Source: Takakia lepidozioides (lineage: Eukaryota > Plantae > Bryophyta). Taken from it: a DNA stretch of 64,000 nucleotides. The stretch's first letter is position 1; each line of letters begins with the position of its first letter. This document shows positions 12,040 to 26,150 of this stretch, piece after piece. The position numbers and the translations under genes were made by a program. The notes below the pieces were generated by a model. The model saw nothing but the letters and a program-made list of their open reading frames with translations, was not told the DNA's origin and searched no databases. The stretch lies in contig CM060732.1 in NCBI GenBank assembly GCA_030704615.1, positions 67,394,001 through 67,458,000 on the forward strand. Direction: 5' to 3'.

Positions 12040-14812
12040 TTAGTGACCCTTTGCAGCTGAGTTCAACAACTCAAGCGCTGAGGTGGCAAAGGTCTCCATT
12101 TGACTGCGGGAGTAAACTGGTTGAGTATAGATGAAAGAGAGGGACAAATCAGGGCCCTCCAGCATAGTTTCACATAGAGCAAAGCAGGGTCCCACACCAT
12201 GCATGGAAGGGAAGGGCCCAAATGCTCCAGCGACTTGCAGTTTCTCCAAGTCTTTCCACTGCGGTTTCATGGGCTCATCCACAAAGATAGAGAAGAGAGC
12301 AGTACGCAGTGAAGAACTGGGTGTCACACCAGGGTGCTTTAGAACCTGTTTGACGACATATACCACAAGTCAAACTTCGACAGCAACATCACAACTCATC
12401 CCTGGTGAGCTGAACATTTGCAAAGCCGCAGCATGGTGTACAGTCTCAGTTAGGCATGGACAAACATCGCATCCTTTCCCACTAATCATTTCTTCGGGGT
12501 TGCAAGCAAATAGGAGCGATGCCAGAAAACAATTTAGCCAGTGATTGCAGGTAGTGGGCCTGCTTACTTAATACACCCTGCAAGGTCACTGCATTTATGA
12601 CAGGAGGCTGTGTTAATCAGGCACCAATGCCTAAGGTAACTAACTGCTATGTCACCTGTGACAAGATCATATGGCAGTCAAGTACAGTACATTTATGGAG
12701 ACAGCAAAAGCAATGTTTGCACACTACTAGTAAATCACATGATTCTGGAGTAATGATAGTGTTCCAAGGAAAACGATTTGAATTTGGAGTAGAGCAAGAC
12801 CTGGGAAAACAGCATGTTGAGGACTGGGATTTCAGAGAATTGGCGAGACTTGGACAAATCCTTTTCAGTGGTAGAAGAGACGCTGCGTGCAAGGTCCCAA
12901 AATGACATACTTTCCTTGGCTTGTGCCCCTTGAGGAATACCGGCAACATAGTTTCCTGCTATTGACGTGGGGAAGGATGGCTCGAAGTACGCCCGACAGT
13001 CTACCAAGCTGCCAAGATACAGATATAGTGGATTAGCAAATACTTCATTACTGAAATCACAAGGAGCTGCTCTTCTACCTACCCAAGTACAGTACAATGA
13101 TCTTACCTCGTGAAGCTGAACTCATCTTTCTTCTGATCCTGAAGCTCTTTGCTGGCAGCAGCAGTCTTCAAGAGAGCAGCTGACAGCGCTCCCGCAAGGG
13201 TTGTGTTCTCCAGCTTGCAAGCTGCCAGCAAGTCCACAGTACCTGTGCACATACTCAAAGGCATCAGTTGGAGAAACATCATTAACTTTCCTGAAGACAA
13301 TACTGAGGGACCAGACCAGAGTGTCCACTCTTCCTATAAACGTTTCTGTGATTGGTGGGGGGGGTAATTCATGGCTGGCCACAGTTAATAACAATTTCCT
13401 TACAATACAGTGGCCCACTCGGCATTGACACAGTAAGAAACAGACAAAAAGTAGCACTAGTGAGATAGACTAAGAAAAATAGTTAAATATCTTGGGCAAA
13501 TAGAAGTCAGGAATCTGGAGGCAGTGAAACATGATGAAAGAAGAGACAGTGAGAAATCTGCATAACAGCTCGTAGCTTTAAAAATTCTTTTGCAGCCCTT
13601 CTACCCCATCCATATCGTTTATCCAAACATCCCTGTTAACTTCATAACTCCATTGCAGTAGGCAACCCCATCCCTTAATGTCAGACTGCAAATACGAGCA
13701 CCTTCCAAATTCTTCCTCGGCGACCTAGACAAGTGAAACAAAAATCGATCACATCACGCAATGAAATAGATTTCACATTGTCCTTTACCTGCCCTCCCTA
13801 GAGTGTACATAAGCAGATCAGATTGGAAGGGCTCCTTGCGTTGTTCAGTGAAACCCGGTTGGAATGGCAGAAGAGAGTACTTCTTGACACTCAGTGCATA
13901 TCCAACAGTGTCTATGCCCTTCTGGAGAAAGTTCTTCGAAGCCTTGCCTTTTGGAATCAGATCTTCAATGGGGGGAAACAGTTCATTCTTTCCAGGATTA
14001 CCAGTCAGCTGAGGCGTCTGACCATCCACCAACGCACTTAATGCAGTAAAAAACTGCTGAACAGCTGTAAGGGCAGATGGTCTGTCCAGACCACCACTGT
14101 GGAACCGCAGGGCAACAATTGTTTGACTCCGGGATGTCTCCGAGTACACATGCACCTGCAAAACCGACCATGAAGCAGCCAATGCAATAGCATAAGGAGA
14201 ACATCCACATTGGACAGAGGGTGGTAGATACAGTTGCTACTTTCCTCATGACTACTCAAGCTCTTGACCGCCACTACCACCAAATCTTTGATCTTTTGAC
14301 ACAACTCACCAGTCAAACCTTCCACGATACCGTAGAACCTGAAGAAAATTTGCAAAACAATGTACAGGACCTTAAATGTCGCAGCTCACCTGAAAAAGAT
14401 CTGTAGTCTTGTCCGTAGTTGCGAATGGAAAGTTCATTTCATCTCGCACTACCTTATGCAGGGCAAGGCTAAGCGCTTTGTTACCATCATCGTCAGGGAG
14501 CACAAATACACCAGACAGGTTCGCTCCTTCCGCCCTTGGCCATGGAAGAACTTCAACAGTTGGGCTCCCGGATTTGCTCGCTTGAAAACACAACTTCCCC
14601 TTTGCATTCTCTACTGCTTGAGCTCTTAGAATGGCATGCTGATCCACCACTTCACGGGCCGCAGATTTCACCCATTCGGTTTCCAGCAGGCGCCGCAGCG
14701 CAATCCCAAACACGGCCACACCAGTCCCACCAACTATCGCCTTCGACCAGTTGGACTCCGACGATCCCATCACTCTGCTCAATGCATCTCCGTCCACTTG
14801 ACTAGGAGCCAT
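12040..14812 (-). CDS. CoA-dependent acyltransferase/condensation-fold protein (At3g52610-like), 5 exons, 479 aa
   Basis: Exons 14812-14390, 14155-13789, 13242-13107, 13008-12801 and 12345-12040 have GT..AG introns and join in frame (1440 nt). Motifs: ESNWSKAIVGGTG, HAILRA, LRFHSGGLDR, VDCRAYFEP, FWDLAR, SMHGVGP. Confidence 0.85.
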
Positions 14813-15856
14813 GATGCCCTTCTGCAAGTTCCTCCAAAGCTATCAACTTCACACTTCTTGCTTCCCTTCTATCACAGAATCAACCTCGACGTTCTCACAA
14901 CTGCAGGAGACCCAGCGTGTGTGTCTGGCCACCCCAACTGGGCCTAATGAGCTCCACAAAGTTTAAGCAGGGGAGGGATATAAAGGCTATGCAGATGCAC
15001 CGCCGCGCCTTTTCTTGAAAACTGTGCCTACAATTACTGAGATACGCACTTCCTCCCCTCACTTGTTGGGTTGCCCACCTACTCACATTTATGAGAGCAT
15101 TCACCGCATCCACCCAGGTAGGTATTTATTAGTTATGGCTTGATAGGTAGAGAGAAACCTTCTGTGGGTTGGGTGTCCAGTGTGCATGCCAGACAATCTA
15201 ACATTGGTAGTCTTCAATGTTGCACCAGCTCAAGCCTCTGAGGCTTTGAATTTGGAGTGTCTTCATCCTGACCTCTCCTTCTCTGACCATGTAGAATCTA
15301 GAAACCCACCTTGGATAAATGAAAAACTTTTCCAGAGTATGAGAAACTTAGCATTTACACAATGATAACACTTTAACAATTAGGAAGGGAGAAACTCGAC
15401 ACATTGATACAACACTTATTACAATAGTTCAGAGTTCATAATCACCAAATCAACACATGTTAAATCCTTTATGAGTGTCTCAATCATTCACGCTGAGGAG
15501 AGGAGAGGATTGAAAGAAGAGTCAATAAGTTGCATACATTCAAGTTCTTTCTCTACAGTTGCCACAATTGCTGTCTCCTTACAATTCATGGCTTAATGTG
15601 AAATGAGGTTAATTTTTCCCCTCCTCTGTAAAAGGCCTGAAGTGTGTTGTCGCTCGCAGATTTCTTTAACTAAAAAACTGAAAAATATGGGTTTTCACAA
15701 TTTCATAAGGCAGTTGCTCAAGATATGCGGAACAGTAGCTAGGGCCAGCTAGAGAGCATCTTTGCAGCTTTAATGCCACTTGCTGCATTTAGTCTTCTTC
15801 CCCATCTTCAATGAAGCGCCCATACTTGATCTTCACTAACTTTTTTATTGGCTCTG

Positions 15857-16250
15857 TCCCGCAAGGGATAGAGGCATTGTGAAGACTTCTTGCCTAGGTG
15901 GAGAACTAGGCTTATCCATTAAGCCTAGAGAGAGATACACAGAGCTCATTAGAGGGTTGATGGGACCCGCAAGGGATAGAGGCATTGTGGAGACATCTTT
16001 AGAGAGAGAACTCGGTTTATCCATTAAGCCTAGAGAGAGAGAGCCCCTAGTCTTTAGAGGGTTCATGCACCCGCAAGGGATAGAGGCATTGTGGAGACTT
16101 CTTGCCTAGGCGGAGAATGGAGAGAGAACGCGCCTAGTCTTTAGAGGGTTGATGGGACCCGCAAGGGATAGAGACATGCTGGATACATCTTTAGGGAGAG
16201 AACTAGGCTTATCATTAAGCCTAGTCTATGGAGGGTTGATGGGAATGATT
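15857..16250 (+). repeat. Tandem array of four ~90-110 bp units
   Basis: cccgcaagggatagag recurs at about 15858, 15966, 16070 and 16158, each followed by related sequence. Confidence 0.85.
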
Positions 16251-16921
16251 CATGAAGCCCTAGAAAAAATTTAAAACAACAAGCACAAAATCACCAAAAG
16301 AGAGAGCATTTGGTGCCTCTCATTTTAAGATAATAGGGTCTTCAATGGGCACGTGCGATGTGGCCGGTGGGCCCCGCGCACGGACGCCCGGCTCCCAGCA
16401 CCTCGCCCACTGCTCCGGGCGCGACTGCAGCAACCGCGCCCGCGCCCCCGTCCGCCGCGCGGCCAGTCCCCCGCCTATGAGTCCGCTGCCCTCTAGTCTG
16501 CCAGTCCGCTGCTGGCCAGTCTGCTGCCCAGCAGTCTGCTAGTCCGTCAGTCTGCCCGCCAGTTCGGTGTTGGCTAGTCCGCTGCCCAGCAGTCTGCCAG
16601 TCCGCCAGTCTGCCTGCCAGTCCGCTGCTGGCTAGTCCGCTACCCAGCAGCCTGCCAGTCCGCCAGTCCGCCAGTCTGCCCGCCAGTCCATTGGCCAGTC
16701 CCCTGCCATCCAGTCCGCTGACGGCGTAGGATTGCCACCGTCCATTCCCATAACCCATCCGAGCCCTCCATTTTTAGGGCTGCAACTTTTATCCCTGCCG
16801 CCTGCCACTTGCCAGCAGCCGCGAACGTGCGCACTATTCTCCTGGCACATTGTCGATCGTGTCTTGTACTGCGACGCGTTTCTTGCATGTTCAGAGGCGT
16901 GTCCTTTGCACTGTATAGGGC

Positions 16922-19900
16922 ATGGACGTGGAAGCAAAACCCGATGATATACTGATCACGGAAAGCCCGCTTATACGGCCTCTTCGACAATGTTTGCAAA
17001 CAGCAAAACCAGGACCCTTCAACAGGAAGGATCTCCATTGGAAGAGTGAGACGCAATATGGGTTTATGGGTGTGCGAGTGAATGTTGAAAAGGCCTGCAT
17101 ACCTTGGGATAGAGTTGGTGACTTTGTCCTGGGAGAGGAGAGTTTGGAGGACTACCCCACTCAGTTTTGGGTGAATGTCCATTCTAAAGTGGAACCCGGC
17201 TCGCGAAAAGCACCCAGAGCCAACATATTTCTGTCCAGTATTATGCGTGCACCATCCTCAGTCCTTTTGACGTTTCATTGCATGTCTGTTGCCATTTTTT
17301 GTTTCACGAGTTCTCTGATTTTATGCTTCCTCAAGTCGTTGGATATCGATTTTAGAATTTTCTGTCCAGGTATCAATGCTGCTACGGTCCTGATGACAAA
17401 CGCACCAACAAGGCAATAGTGGAGGATCCAAAACAGAAGCGTGGAGGACCTCTTGTGGGTGCTGGAACATCTTGCCCTCATAAAGGCCCAATGAGAAAGA
17501 AGTCGGAGTATGGAGAGTCTTACAAGCATGGTTGCCAATGCTGTTTCAAGGTCCAGCAATGCTATCTCGCCCCTGACATTTGTGTCCTCACGTACTACAA
17601 CAACATGGAGCATACAGATGCGCAAGGGAAACCCTCGCATGGGAAGTCCGCAGAGTTCAGGAACACCCGCCACGCCTATGCACCACACATTAGCGAGGAA
17701 TTGAAAGCCTGGGTCGTCGAGCGTTTGTGCCGAGGCCTGTCGGTCGCCCAAATCATGATGGAGCATAAAGAGCACGTGATGAACAACACTGGCTTGGGCG
17801 ATGCATGGACCCGCGATGATTTCTTGTTGGAGCAAGATGTTCCCAACCTTGCCGAGAAACGTGCGTGACAAACCTTCAAAAAACACGCCGATGATGCGGA
17901 GAGTGTGCACATGTGGAGAGAACAGAATCCTGCGTCCGTTTTTTTCTATCAAGAAGAGAAATTAGAGCCAACATTCGAGCATTTTGATGGAGATTTGACA
18001 TTCACTATTGGCATACAGACTCCGTGGCAGAAACGACGAATGCTGGAACTAGGACATGACCGTATCCTTGCATGTGATGCAACATTTGGAACAAATCATG
18101 ACAAGGTACTATTCGAACGATTCCATAGACTTGTACGAGCATGATAGCATAGTACCATACAACATTCACATAAAATTTGGCGTGCTGACCCTTTCTGTAT
18201 GTTTTCATGTGTACGTTGCGGAAGACCGAGGGGCAGACCCATTGTGAACCGCTGCAGACCTCATCATTCTTATGAAGTCTTCTCGTGCAGAACTGAGTGG
18301 AATTTGCATGCTCTGACCATCTTACATTGTGCATTCCAACAGTTCCCATCGTACACGTTGATGGTCTTCGACAAGTGGTTGAACGGTATACCAGTTGCAT
18401 ATATCCTATCTGCGAGGAATCGGACAACAGACCTGGTTCCGTGGATGAGAGCCTTGCGCGATTCACTCCTCGCAGATTTGCCGAACTGGTGACCCAATGC
18501 CTTCATTGTGGACGATGCCGAAGCAGAAATCAACGCTATTCGGTAAGTCTGTTGGTCCACAGCACCGGTCCATTCCTACAGTCCACTGGCAGACTCCTGT
18601 GGCGAAACCCGATGGCAGTTCGCTGGGCAAATCCACTGGTAGTCCGCTGTCAAGTCCGCTCATCAGTCCCTTGGCAAGTCCGCTGGCAGTCTCCGGCAAG
18701 TCCGCTCGGCAGTCCTTAGCAAATCCGCTCGGCAGTCCGCTGTCAAGTCCGCTGGCAAGTCCACTCAGCAGTCCTTAGGGTCGGCCGTCCGCTGCTCAGT
18801 CCACTCGGCAGTCCCTGGCAAGTCCGCTCGGTAGTCCGCTGTGGCAGTCCGCTGCCCCAGTCCTAGCTAGGGGAAGTCCAATGGGGAAGTCCACTGGGTA
18901 GTCCAATGGGGTTATTCCAGCACAACAACGTCATGGCATTGTACTGTCCACTGGGCGAGTCCAGTGGCTCTGCCCGCTAATACAGGTCGTTGTTACAGTC
19001 CACTCCGGCGGCAGTCCACCATTACAGTCCGATCCCAAGACTCTAATGTATACCATATGTGTTGTGCAGAATTATTTTTGAAGGAGTACTCATTTTCCTC
19101 TGCCTTTAGCATGTCCGCAAGGCATGGGTGAAGCAATCATGCAAGAAAACGAAGGATCCGGTGACCGCTGTAAACTTGTTGAAGGATATGAGAGACCTCA
19201 TGTACTGTAGAAGGGGACCACGCAACGAGAAAAGAGCGCTTCGGTGGGTTGCAAGGAGAATCCGTCGTATGAGGTCAAAATACCCGAAATGACATGAATT
19301 TCTTGACTATATCGAACAGTACTGGAAGCCCAAAATAGCAATGTGGTGTACAGCAGCCCGCAATGTCCCTCATGCGAGCCAAGACACAAACGCAAGCATT
19401 GAGGCATACCATGGAAATATGAAGGCAAGACTTGTCATGGGGAAAGGCAAGATGAGTGGTCGTAGAGTGGACTGGCTTATATGGGAACTCACTGGCCGTG
19501 TGCTAAAACACTACTGGTACGCAATCCATTTGAAGACCCACGGGTTCATAAGAAATGACAAACACGAAAAGTACATATCCAGTTCTATACTTGCGGCACG
19601 AGACATTCCTGCTGAGAGTGTTACTCTTCTCTTGGGTCCTGGTGAACCAGCCTACGTTCTCAGCAGCAACCACCCCGACACAACATACATTGTTTACAAT
19701 CCTGATTGCGATTGGGCTTGTTGCACGTGCCTATGGGCAATGAAGGAAACTTATGCAAGCATCAGGTCCGTGTCCTGAAGATGCTTCACCCTTACCTTCA
19801 GGATGGCCTCCTTGTGCGTGCTTGTGGCACGGCGCTGGGAACCATTCATGGAGGATTACCTAACTTGCTCTTGGGCAATGGTGCCGGCGGCAACGACGAA

Positions 19901-20290
19901 TCCAATCAGTTCATGGAAAGACATCCTCCAGACGACTTCCCCTACGACGAGGCACCTCTGGAGGTCTCAGCCTCAATGGAACAAGAATTCGCGGACATAC
20001 TTCGCATTGTAGGTGATGACAAATACCTAGAAGCACATGCCCGATCTGCTCTTCGTATGTGCAGAGGGCAGCTCGTTGATATCCTGGCGAAAAGTGCGGC
20101 TGGAATGTTGCACCCTGCGGCAGCGAAGGCTTTCCGTTCTCTGAACAACAACAACAACATGTCTTTGAAAAATGAGACGAGATTTCGTGGAGGCCTGGAA
20201 AACCCGACCTAGGGTTTTGTGGAGAACCAGCAAGAGGGTGTCTGCACTTGCACCTGCAGCACATATATACTCGAAAATTCGCAAGGTTTC
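16922..20290 (+). pseudogene. MULE-type DDE transposase with SWIM finger (related to plant At1g60560/At4g13970-type proteins), intron-containing, disrupted
   Basis: YQCCYGPDD, KHGCQCCF..H, GIQTPWQ, ACDATFGTN (D), FIVDDAEAE (D), LCL*HVRKAW, TNASIEAYH (E) and SWIM CTC...GNLCKH. Introns at about 18106-18341 and 18543-19069. In-frame stops (17866, 18490) and frameshifts. Confidence 0.9.
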
Positions 20291-21063
20291 AGGTCGTGTA
20301 GGTGTCACGAAGAAGACAATATAAGTCTGCAATTCCTCTGGTAGCATTGTCCCTTTCTGAAATACAAGTCCGCAATGGACTCATGCACAGTGTCCCAACG
20401 GACTCCTCCAGTCTCCACAATCCCAGCACACTCCGGCACAAACTCCCATCAGACGGCTGCAGAGTCCCACAATGGACTCCTGCACAGTCTCCCAACGGAC
20501 TCCTCCAGTCTCCCAATTAACTCCCACACAGTCTCCCAACGGACTCACGCACAGTCTCCCAACAGAGTCACAGTCAACAGACTGCGAACGCCAGTAAGCC
20601 AGTCTGCTGGTCAGTCTGCTGCCCACTCCAAAAAGTTTGCTCACCACACTTCCACCTCATCCCTGCAACTCTTCCATCAGACTGCTGGACAGACTAAGTC
20701 TCAAGCAGACTCATCCACAACAGCAGACTCAAAATGGACAGGCTCCAGTGGACTACCTCCCTAACGACTCATGCCAATCCAGCGTCCCAGCGGACTCATG
20801 GACATGGTGCCTACCAGACTAGGTACCAGACCCATCAGTCCTAGCCTCGGCAGCGTACTGCTCGCACATTCAAGCTCAGCAGACTCGGGTGCACAGTGCA
20901 TGGAAAAATTGACACCATTGTGTCCATTGAGTTTAGTGACAACATTACAAAACATGCCAGCACCCACAGTACACAAAAGTGCTCATCACCACTGGAATAA
21001 TAAGCGAAAACACTCGCATTTTTTATTTCGGTACATAGACTTCACATGACAAGTACATCATAC

Positions 21064-22046
21064 TCATGAGAGCAGTTTCTCTACATTGTCCAACCCCCGC
21101 ACGATATACTGGGCACACTGCATTCGCTGCCCAAGTGCAAACTTGAAAGTAAACCAGTCCTTCGTGAAAGGTGTTCTTTTCTCTGGCTTTGCAGTCTTGG
21201 AGACATTTCCTCTGACTTTTACCCACTCATAAAACACTTGAATGAATGACATGACGTAAAAGCCACACTCCCAGTTGAATGGTTGCTGGGGCACATCAGG
21301 CGCGTGGAACTGAAATGCTTGGACAATCACATGCCACTCCGGTGAGTCCATCGAGTACCCTAAGCACTCAGCATGAAGCTTCCGAATCCACCCTAGAACA
21401 AAGGGACAACTATGCGAGTCCCTGATAGAGTTCAGGTGAGTGTAACAGCCCTTGCGGAGGTCGATGATACAAACACTCCAATGCCCCCTGCAATGGTATC
21501 AAACAACATGGCGTCATTGCACAATCATGATGGGCAGACTCAGTAGACTGACACTCAGCAGACTCAGCACTCAGCAGACTCAATCTTCAAACCCAGTCCA
21601 CTGCACAAATACAGAGGTCAATTTAATTGCTCAGAGTCAAGACGAGACTGCGAAACCAGACTATGACTCAGGAGACAGTCTCAGCAGACTCGGAAGAGTT
21701 CTTACTCGTCCCCAATTGGCACCAAAATGAAATCGCACTCTTTCAAGTCCTTGCCCAGTCGTTCAGTGCGGAGGCAACCTTTCAAGACCTCCAGAAGGCT
21801 TTCACGTTGCCCCACCCCCAATGACTTCAACACCGTCCACGTCGACGTTGGAAGAACAGCAATAGTGTTGGTGAACGCAGCCTCAACCGACTTCTCATAG
21901 AATCGACACCACAGCTCCAGGAGTCTATTTGTGCACTCCGACTCAACATTATGGAGCGCCTTTATGTCATCCGGCGACAGTCCGCATTCAAACCGTGGGT
22001 CCCCTTCAAAAAACATTAGCATGGAATTACACGCCTTGACGTGCAT
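21064..22046 (-). CDS. Ulp1/C48 SUMO-protease domain, 3' exons of the second gene of the MULE
   Basis: Spliced reading CDFILVPIGDE / GHWSVCIIDLRKGCYTHLNS ... PQQPFNWECGFYV keeps the catalytic His, oxyanion Gln and Cys. Stop at 21064. Confidence 0.85.
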
Positions 22047-22284
22047 AGCATGTGCTTGCTAAACCGAGCACCGATCCTGCACAAAGCAGACCATCCTTCG
22101 GGAAGCCTCATGTACTGAACAGACTGACGTCAACATGGTACCAAACACTCTACAAGCTGAACAGTTCATCAGACTGACAAGACTAACCACAACAGACAAT
22201 GATGAAACCAGCAGCAGACTGACCACAACAGAGCGCAAAGCACTTAACGACAAAGACAGACGAGGAGACTGAGCACAGTACTCA

Positions 22285-25200
22285 CCTGTGCTGCTCCAGG
22301 AAACGACCCACATCTTTGTCCATGTCCAAGGCCAGCTTGCGGTTCTTGTTCATAAAGACGCCAGACTTTTTCTTCACCGGTCTCTTGGTACTCAGACCCT
22401 CCTCGACCTCCTCAGCATGGTCCACAATAGTCCGCTTCTTGGCTTTGCCTCTCCCTTGGGAAGCAGGGACAGCTGTAGGTGGGTTGGATAGAGCAGACAA
22501 ACGCAGCGCTGCCGCCCTACTTCGCAACAGAGGCTGGTCAGCAGGTTTGTTTACACTTGCTGGACCTGTCTTTGCAGCTTCATGGGTCGCATGCGTAGAA
22601 CTGACCCGCGCATCGGGGGGCGTGCTCACTCCCACACCTTTCTTGGTTGTCGATCCCACGTTTGTAGCATGGGCGGAAGATGTCATGTCCTCAGAAGTAG
22701 ACAGTCTGCCGACGGAGGGACGAACATCCTGTGAGGATACCGAGCAAAATGGCGAATTAGCCCAATTTCACAATGTGCTAAAACATAAACAACAGTGCTG
22801 AAAGAGGAAATGGCACAACCTGCCCCAAGGGGTGAGGGAGCAGACTCCATGTAATCCAGCGCTATACCAGATGGTGTCTGCGCTACATGTGGTTCCTTGT
22901 CAGTGTGCCTGCCAGCATGTTCAGTCTGTTGCTCAATGTGGGCAGTCTGCTTGGCCGCCGGTTCTTCATCAGTCATTTCGTTTGTGAACTATGCAGTCTG
23001 CTGGCAACTCTGCGGTTCAGTCTCTTCCTCAATGTGGGCAGTGTACTCGGTGGCAGGTTGGTCGTCAGTCCTTCCCTCTGTGAAGTGTGCAGTGTGCTGG
23101 TCAGGCCGTGCAGTCTAAACTGTATAGTCAGAGCTGAGCTGTGCAGTCTGCCGCTCTGAGCCATCCTGGTCAGTCCTTCCATCTGTGACCTGTGCAGTCT
23201 GCTGGTTAGTCTGCGGTTCAGTCTGCTCATCAATGAAGACAGTATGCTGCCCTGCCACAGGTTGCTCCGCAGCCCTTCCATGTGTCGACTGTTCAGTGTG
23301 CTGGTCAGTCTGGTGGACAGCCGGCTGGGTGTTCGGATCTCCATGGACTTGGGAAACATCAAGAACATGTATGGAGACCCAACGGCAATTGCTCCTCAGA
23401 CTCTTTTGTAAGATCTATGATACGGTTTTGCGTTCCCAGATTGAGTTCGGTCATCACGTAAGACAGTGCAAGGGCAACCAGTGCACCAATGCAAACCAGT
23501 GCAATGCGTCATCCACCACAAACTTCTGTGAATGGTCTGTTCCATGGAGTAAGTCCATCCTCAAACTATGCAGATCCTTCATCAACTTGTTGTATGAGTG
23601 GAAATTGCCAAATTGCATCATTATGTTGTAGAAGGGAAGTTGCCATGCGCTCAAATCCTCCTCAGTCAATCGAACAAGTGCTTTTTCGCACCTCCAAAAG
23701 GTTGGATGTGCCATAGGAATATGTCTGAGGACTTGAGGTCATGGGTCATCCATGAGAAATCAGCTGCACAAGTAGAGGCTGGTGCATTTTGGACGCTTGT
23801 GGACTTCAATAGCAACAGCAGAGGCGGCTTCCAGAAACATGGTTGGCTTCCTCAATAGAAAAACTCCATGGAATAATGAAAGGGTACCAATGACCACCGG
23901 CGGTCCGCAACAATCCGGTGGAGCTCATTATGCCAATCCAAATGGGGATAATTTCTCTCACCCTAAGCAGGGAAGTGTGAGGTCTCAGCTCGGGTCGAAT
24001 TGACCGGTGATGACGATCGCCAAACTGCAAAAAGCGCAACGTGCTATGTGAGAGAAAGGCAGTCTGTGATCAGTCTGCTGGTCCGTAGTCTGTTGGATGA
24101 CAGGACTTATCATTGGGCATGGGATGCATGATGGGCTCCTGGAGAGGAGTCTGCAGGATGACAGGCTGCTCTTTGGGAGTGACTAGATGACAGGCTGCTG
24201 AATGGGAATCTGCTGGATGACGGCAACCCTGTAAATGGGAGTCTGCTGGATGGCAGACTCGGCTGTCCCAGACGCATCCCCCCGACGCGTCTTGAATAGG
24301 GTAATGCCGTATCGCAGAGATGACCCAAGATACTTCAATAATATGTACTTCGCACGCGGTCCACTTCGCACGCACTGCAGTCGCTTGTAAAGAGCATCAT
24401 TGCTTAGGTATCCGCCAAGCCTGAATGGCCCTACGAAATAGCAATATGTTCATCCTGGTACACGGCAGAGAAAATTGGACGTCAGGAACATGGAGGTGGA
24501 CTCTATATTCACCTCATGCAACGGCTGGACTCACAGACCAGCAGACTGATAGACGTAAGTGCGTACGTAGGGTGGAGGCAAAAACTGTAGACTTACCAGT
24601 GGACTAGACCGAGACTGACAAACAGACTTAGTAAGTAATGCCCCGATATAAAACAGACGAACTGCCGAGCGGAGTGAGCCAAGCGGACTGAGGAGAGAAT
24701 GCAGCGGACTGACCAGACTGAATAGGCAATGTGAACCCGATGATGGACTCAAACAACACAGGAGAACAGACTGGGCGGTCAGACTGACATTACCTCCTCT
24801 ACTTCATCATCGCATCTTCATCGTCAAAGCTGTTCGACAAGTTATGTTCGCCTGTAGGATGAATGAATGTGGTAGAACAGACATGACTGGGCAAACTTTT
24901 GTAGAAATACGGAAGAAGTTGGAGCCCCCAATTGGTGGGCACTCTGGTGGGAAAAGCCCAAAGTCACGAGCGCAATGTGCAAGTGCAGACTGGCCCTTCA
25001 GTGCTCTGTGAGTTTTGGTTTGACCCTAAACCTATGGCATGGGTGCGATATTGTATGAGTCTGCTGCGAGTCTGGCAGGGCAAGTCAATGTCCACTGGAC
25101 TTGTCACCCCTTCCGGCCTTCGAAGTGCATCATTCGGATAATGGTTTGCCCGCCCTTGAGAAGATTCACTTTCAGTATCAGTACTGATGGTGTGGTCTGC

Positions 25201-26150
25201 CGCCAGACGGGGTTCAGTCTGTTGCGGGATTTTGCCCTTGCTCGCGAGCAGACTTGCAGCCTTCTCCTTTTTTTTTGCCTCTACTTTTTCGGCCCATCAC
25301 TCAGTTTACGTTTTCTGGCCAGCGTCCGGGTTCCCTGCACTTGCCAAAGCCTCCATGACGGGCCAACAGAATGGACACCATTACCGGCGCGCAATTCGTC
25401 TAATTCCAAAGTGCGGGGGTCAAGCACTGATCCGCGCAAGCGCATTGTGGCTCTTTGGACAATTACATTCTTTCAGGATCGGCACAAGGCTTGAATCCCG
25501 TGGAATCATTGCAATCCAGTCTCCTTGCAAACCCGTGTCAACACAATGCGATTTAGTTGGATTTTGTCCTTGATAACCTCTTCACAGAAAGGAAAGAAGA
25601 GCTTGGCTTTCTGCCAATTCGAGTTGTTGGGCTTCGGGCTGGAGGTCTACAAATGCTTCCACTATTTAATGATCAAACTCATTTGGTGAGTACCAGTACC
25701 TTCGCTCCTTCTTCAGTCTGGTTTGGTGCACAAATCCACCAGTCGCCTCCACCATTTTCAAAGCATCCTCCATCGCTGCAGAATGAAACGAGGTGCAAGG
25801 ACAATGAGCGACAGGATAGAAGTCCTATGAAAGACTCACCCTAAGCAAGAAGAGGACACAAAATGCGAATGGAAACACAGTAGCAAGTGAGAACCTCACA
25901 GAGCGGATGAACTTCGAGTTGTACGCAGGCGAGCGTGTTTGCGACGCTCGCGGATCACCGGGACTCTCCACACCGGGGAAGAACGGCCGTCTTTCGTTAC
26001 GGTGATGAAACGCAAGAGGAAAACAAAACAGTGTGAAGAAACAGGCGCGAAGATAATGGAGCGATCGCACAGGGAACATGGAGAAAGGAGAAGTGAAGGG
26101 GGGAAAGCAGGGCATGACACGCCAACGTGACTGCGATTTCACAAGCGCCA
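22285..26150 (-). pseudogene. Upstream exons of the Ulp1 gene and/or a third unknown gene, partly degenerate
   Basis: Minus-strand coding-like blocks (22285-22686 with KKR/KRPVKKK NLS-like runs, 22880-23330 peptide repeats, 23454-24040, 24900-25600) are separated by motif-rich introns. Stops and frameshifts present. Confidence 0.5.

Noticed and set aside
16342-16760. ORFs rich in ADW/RTGG (also at 27005-27386)
   Set aside because: They are translations of the GC-rich cagtcyg subterminal repeats, not proteins.
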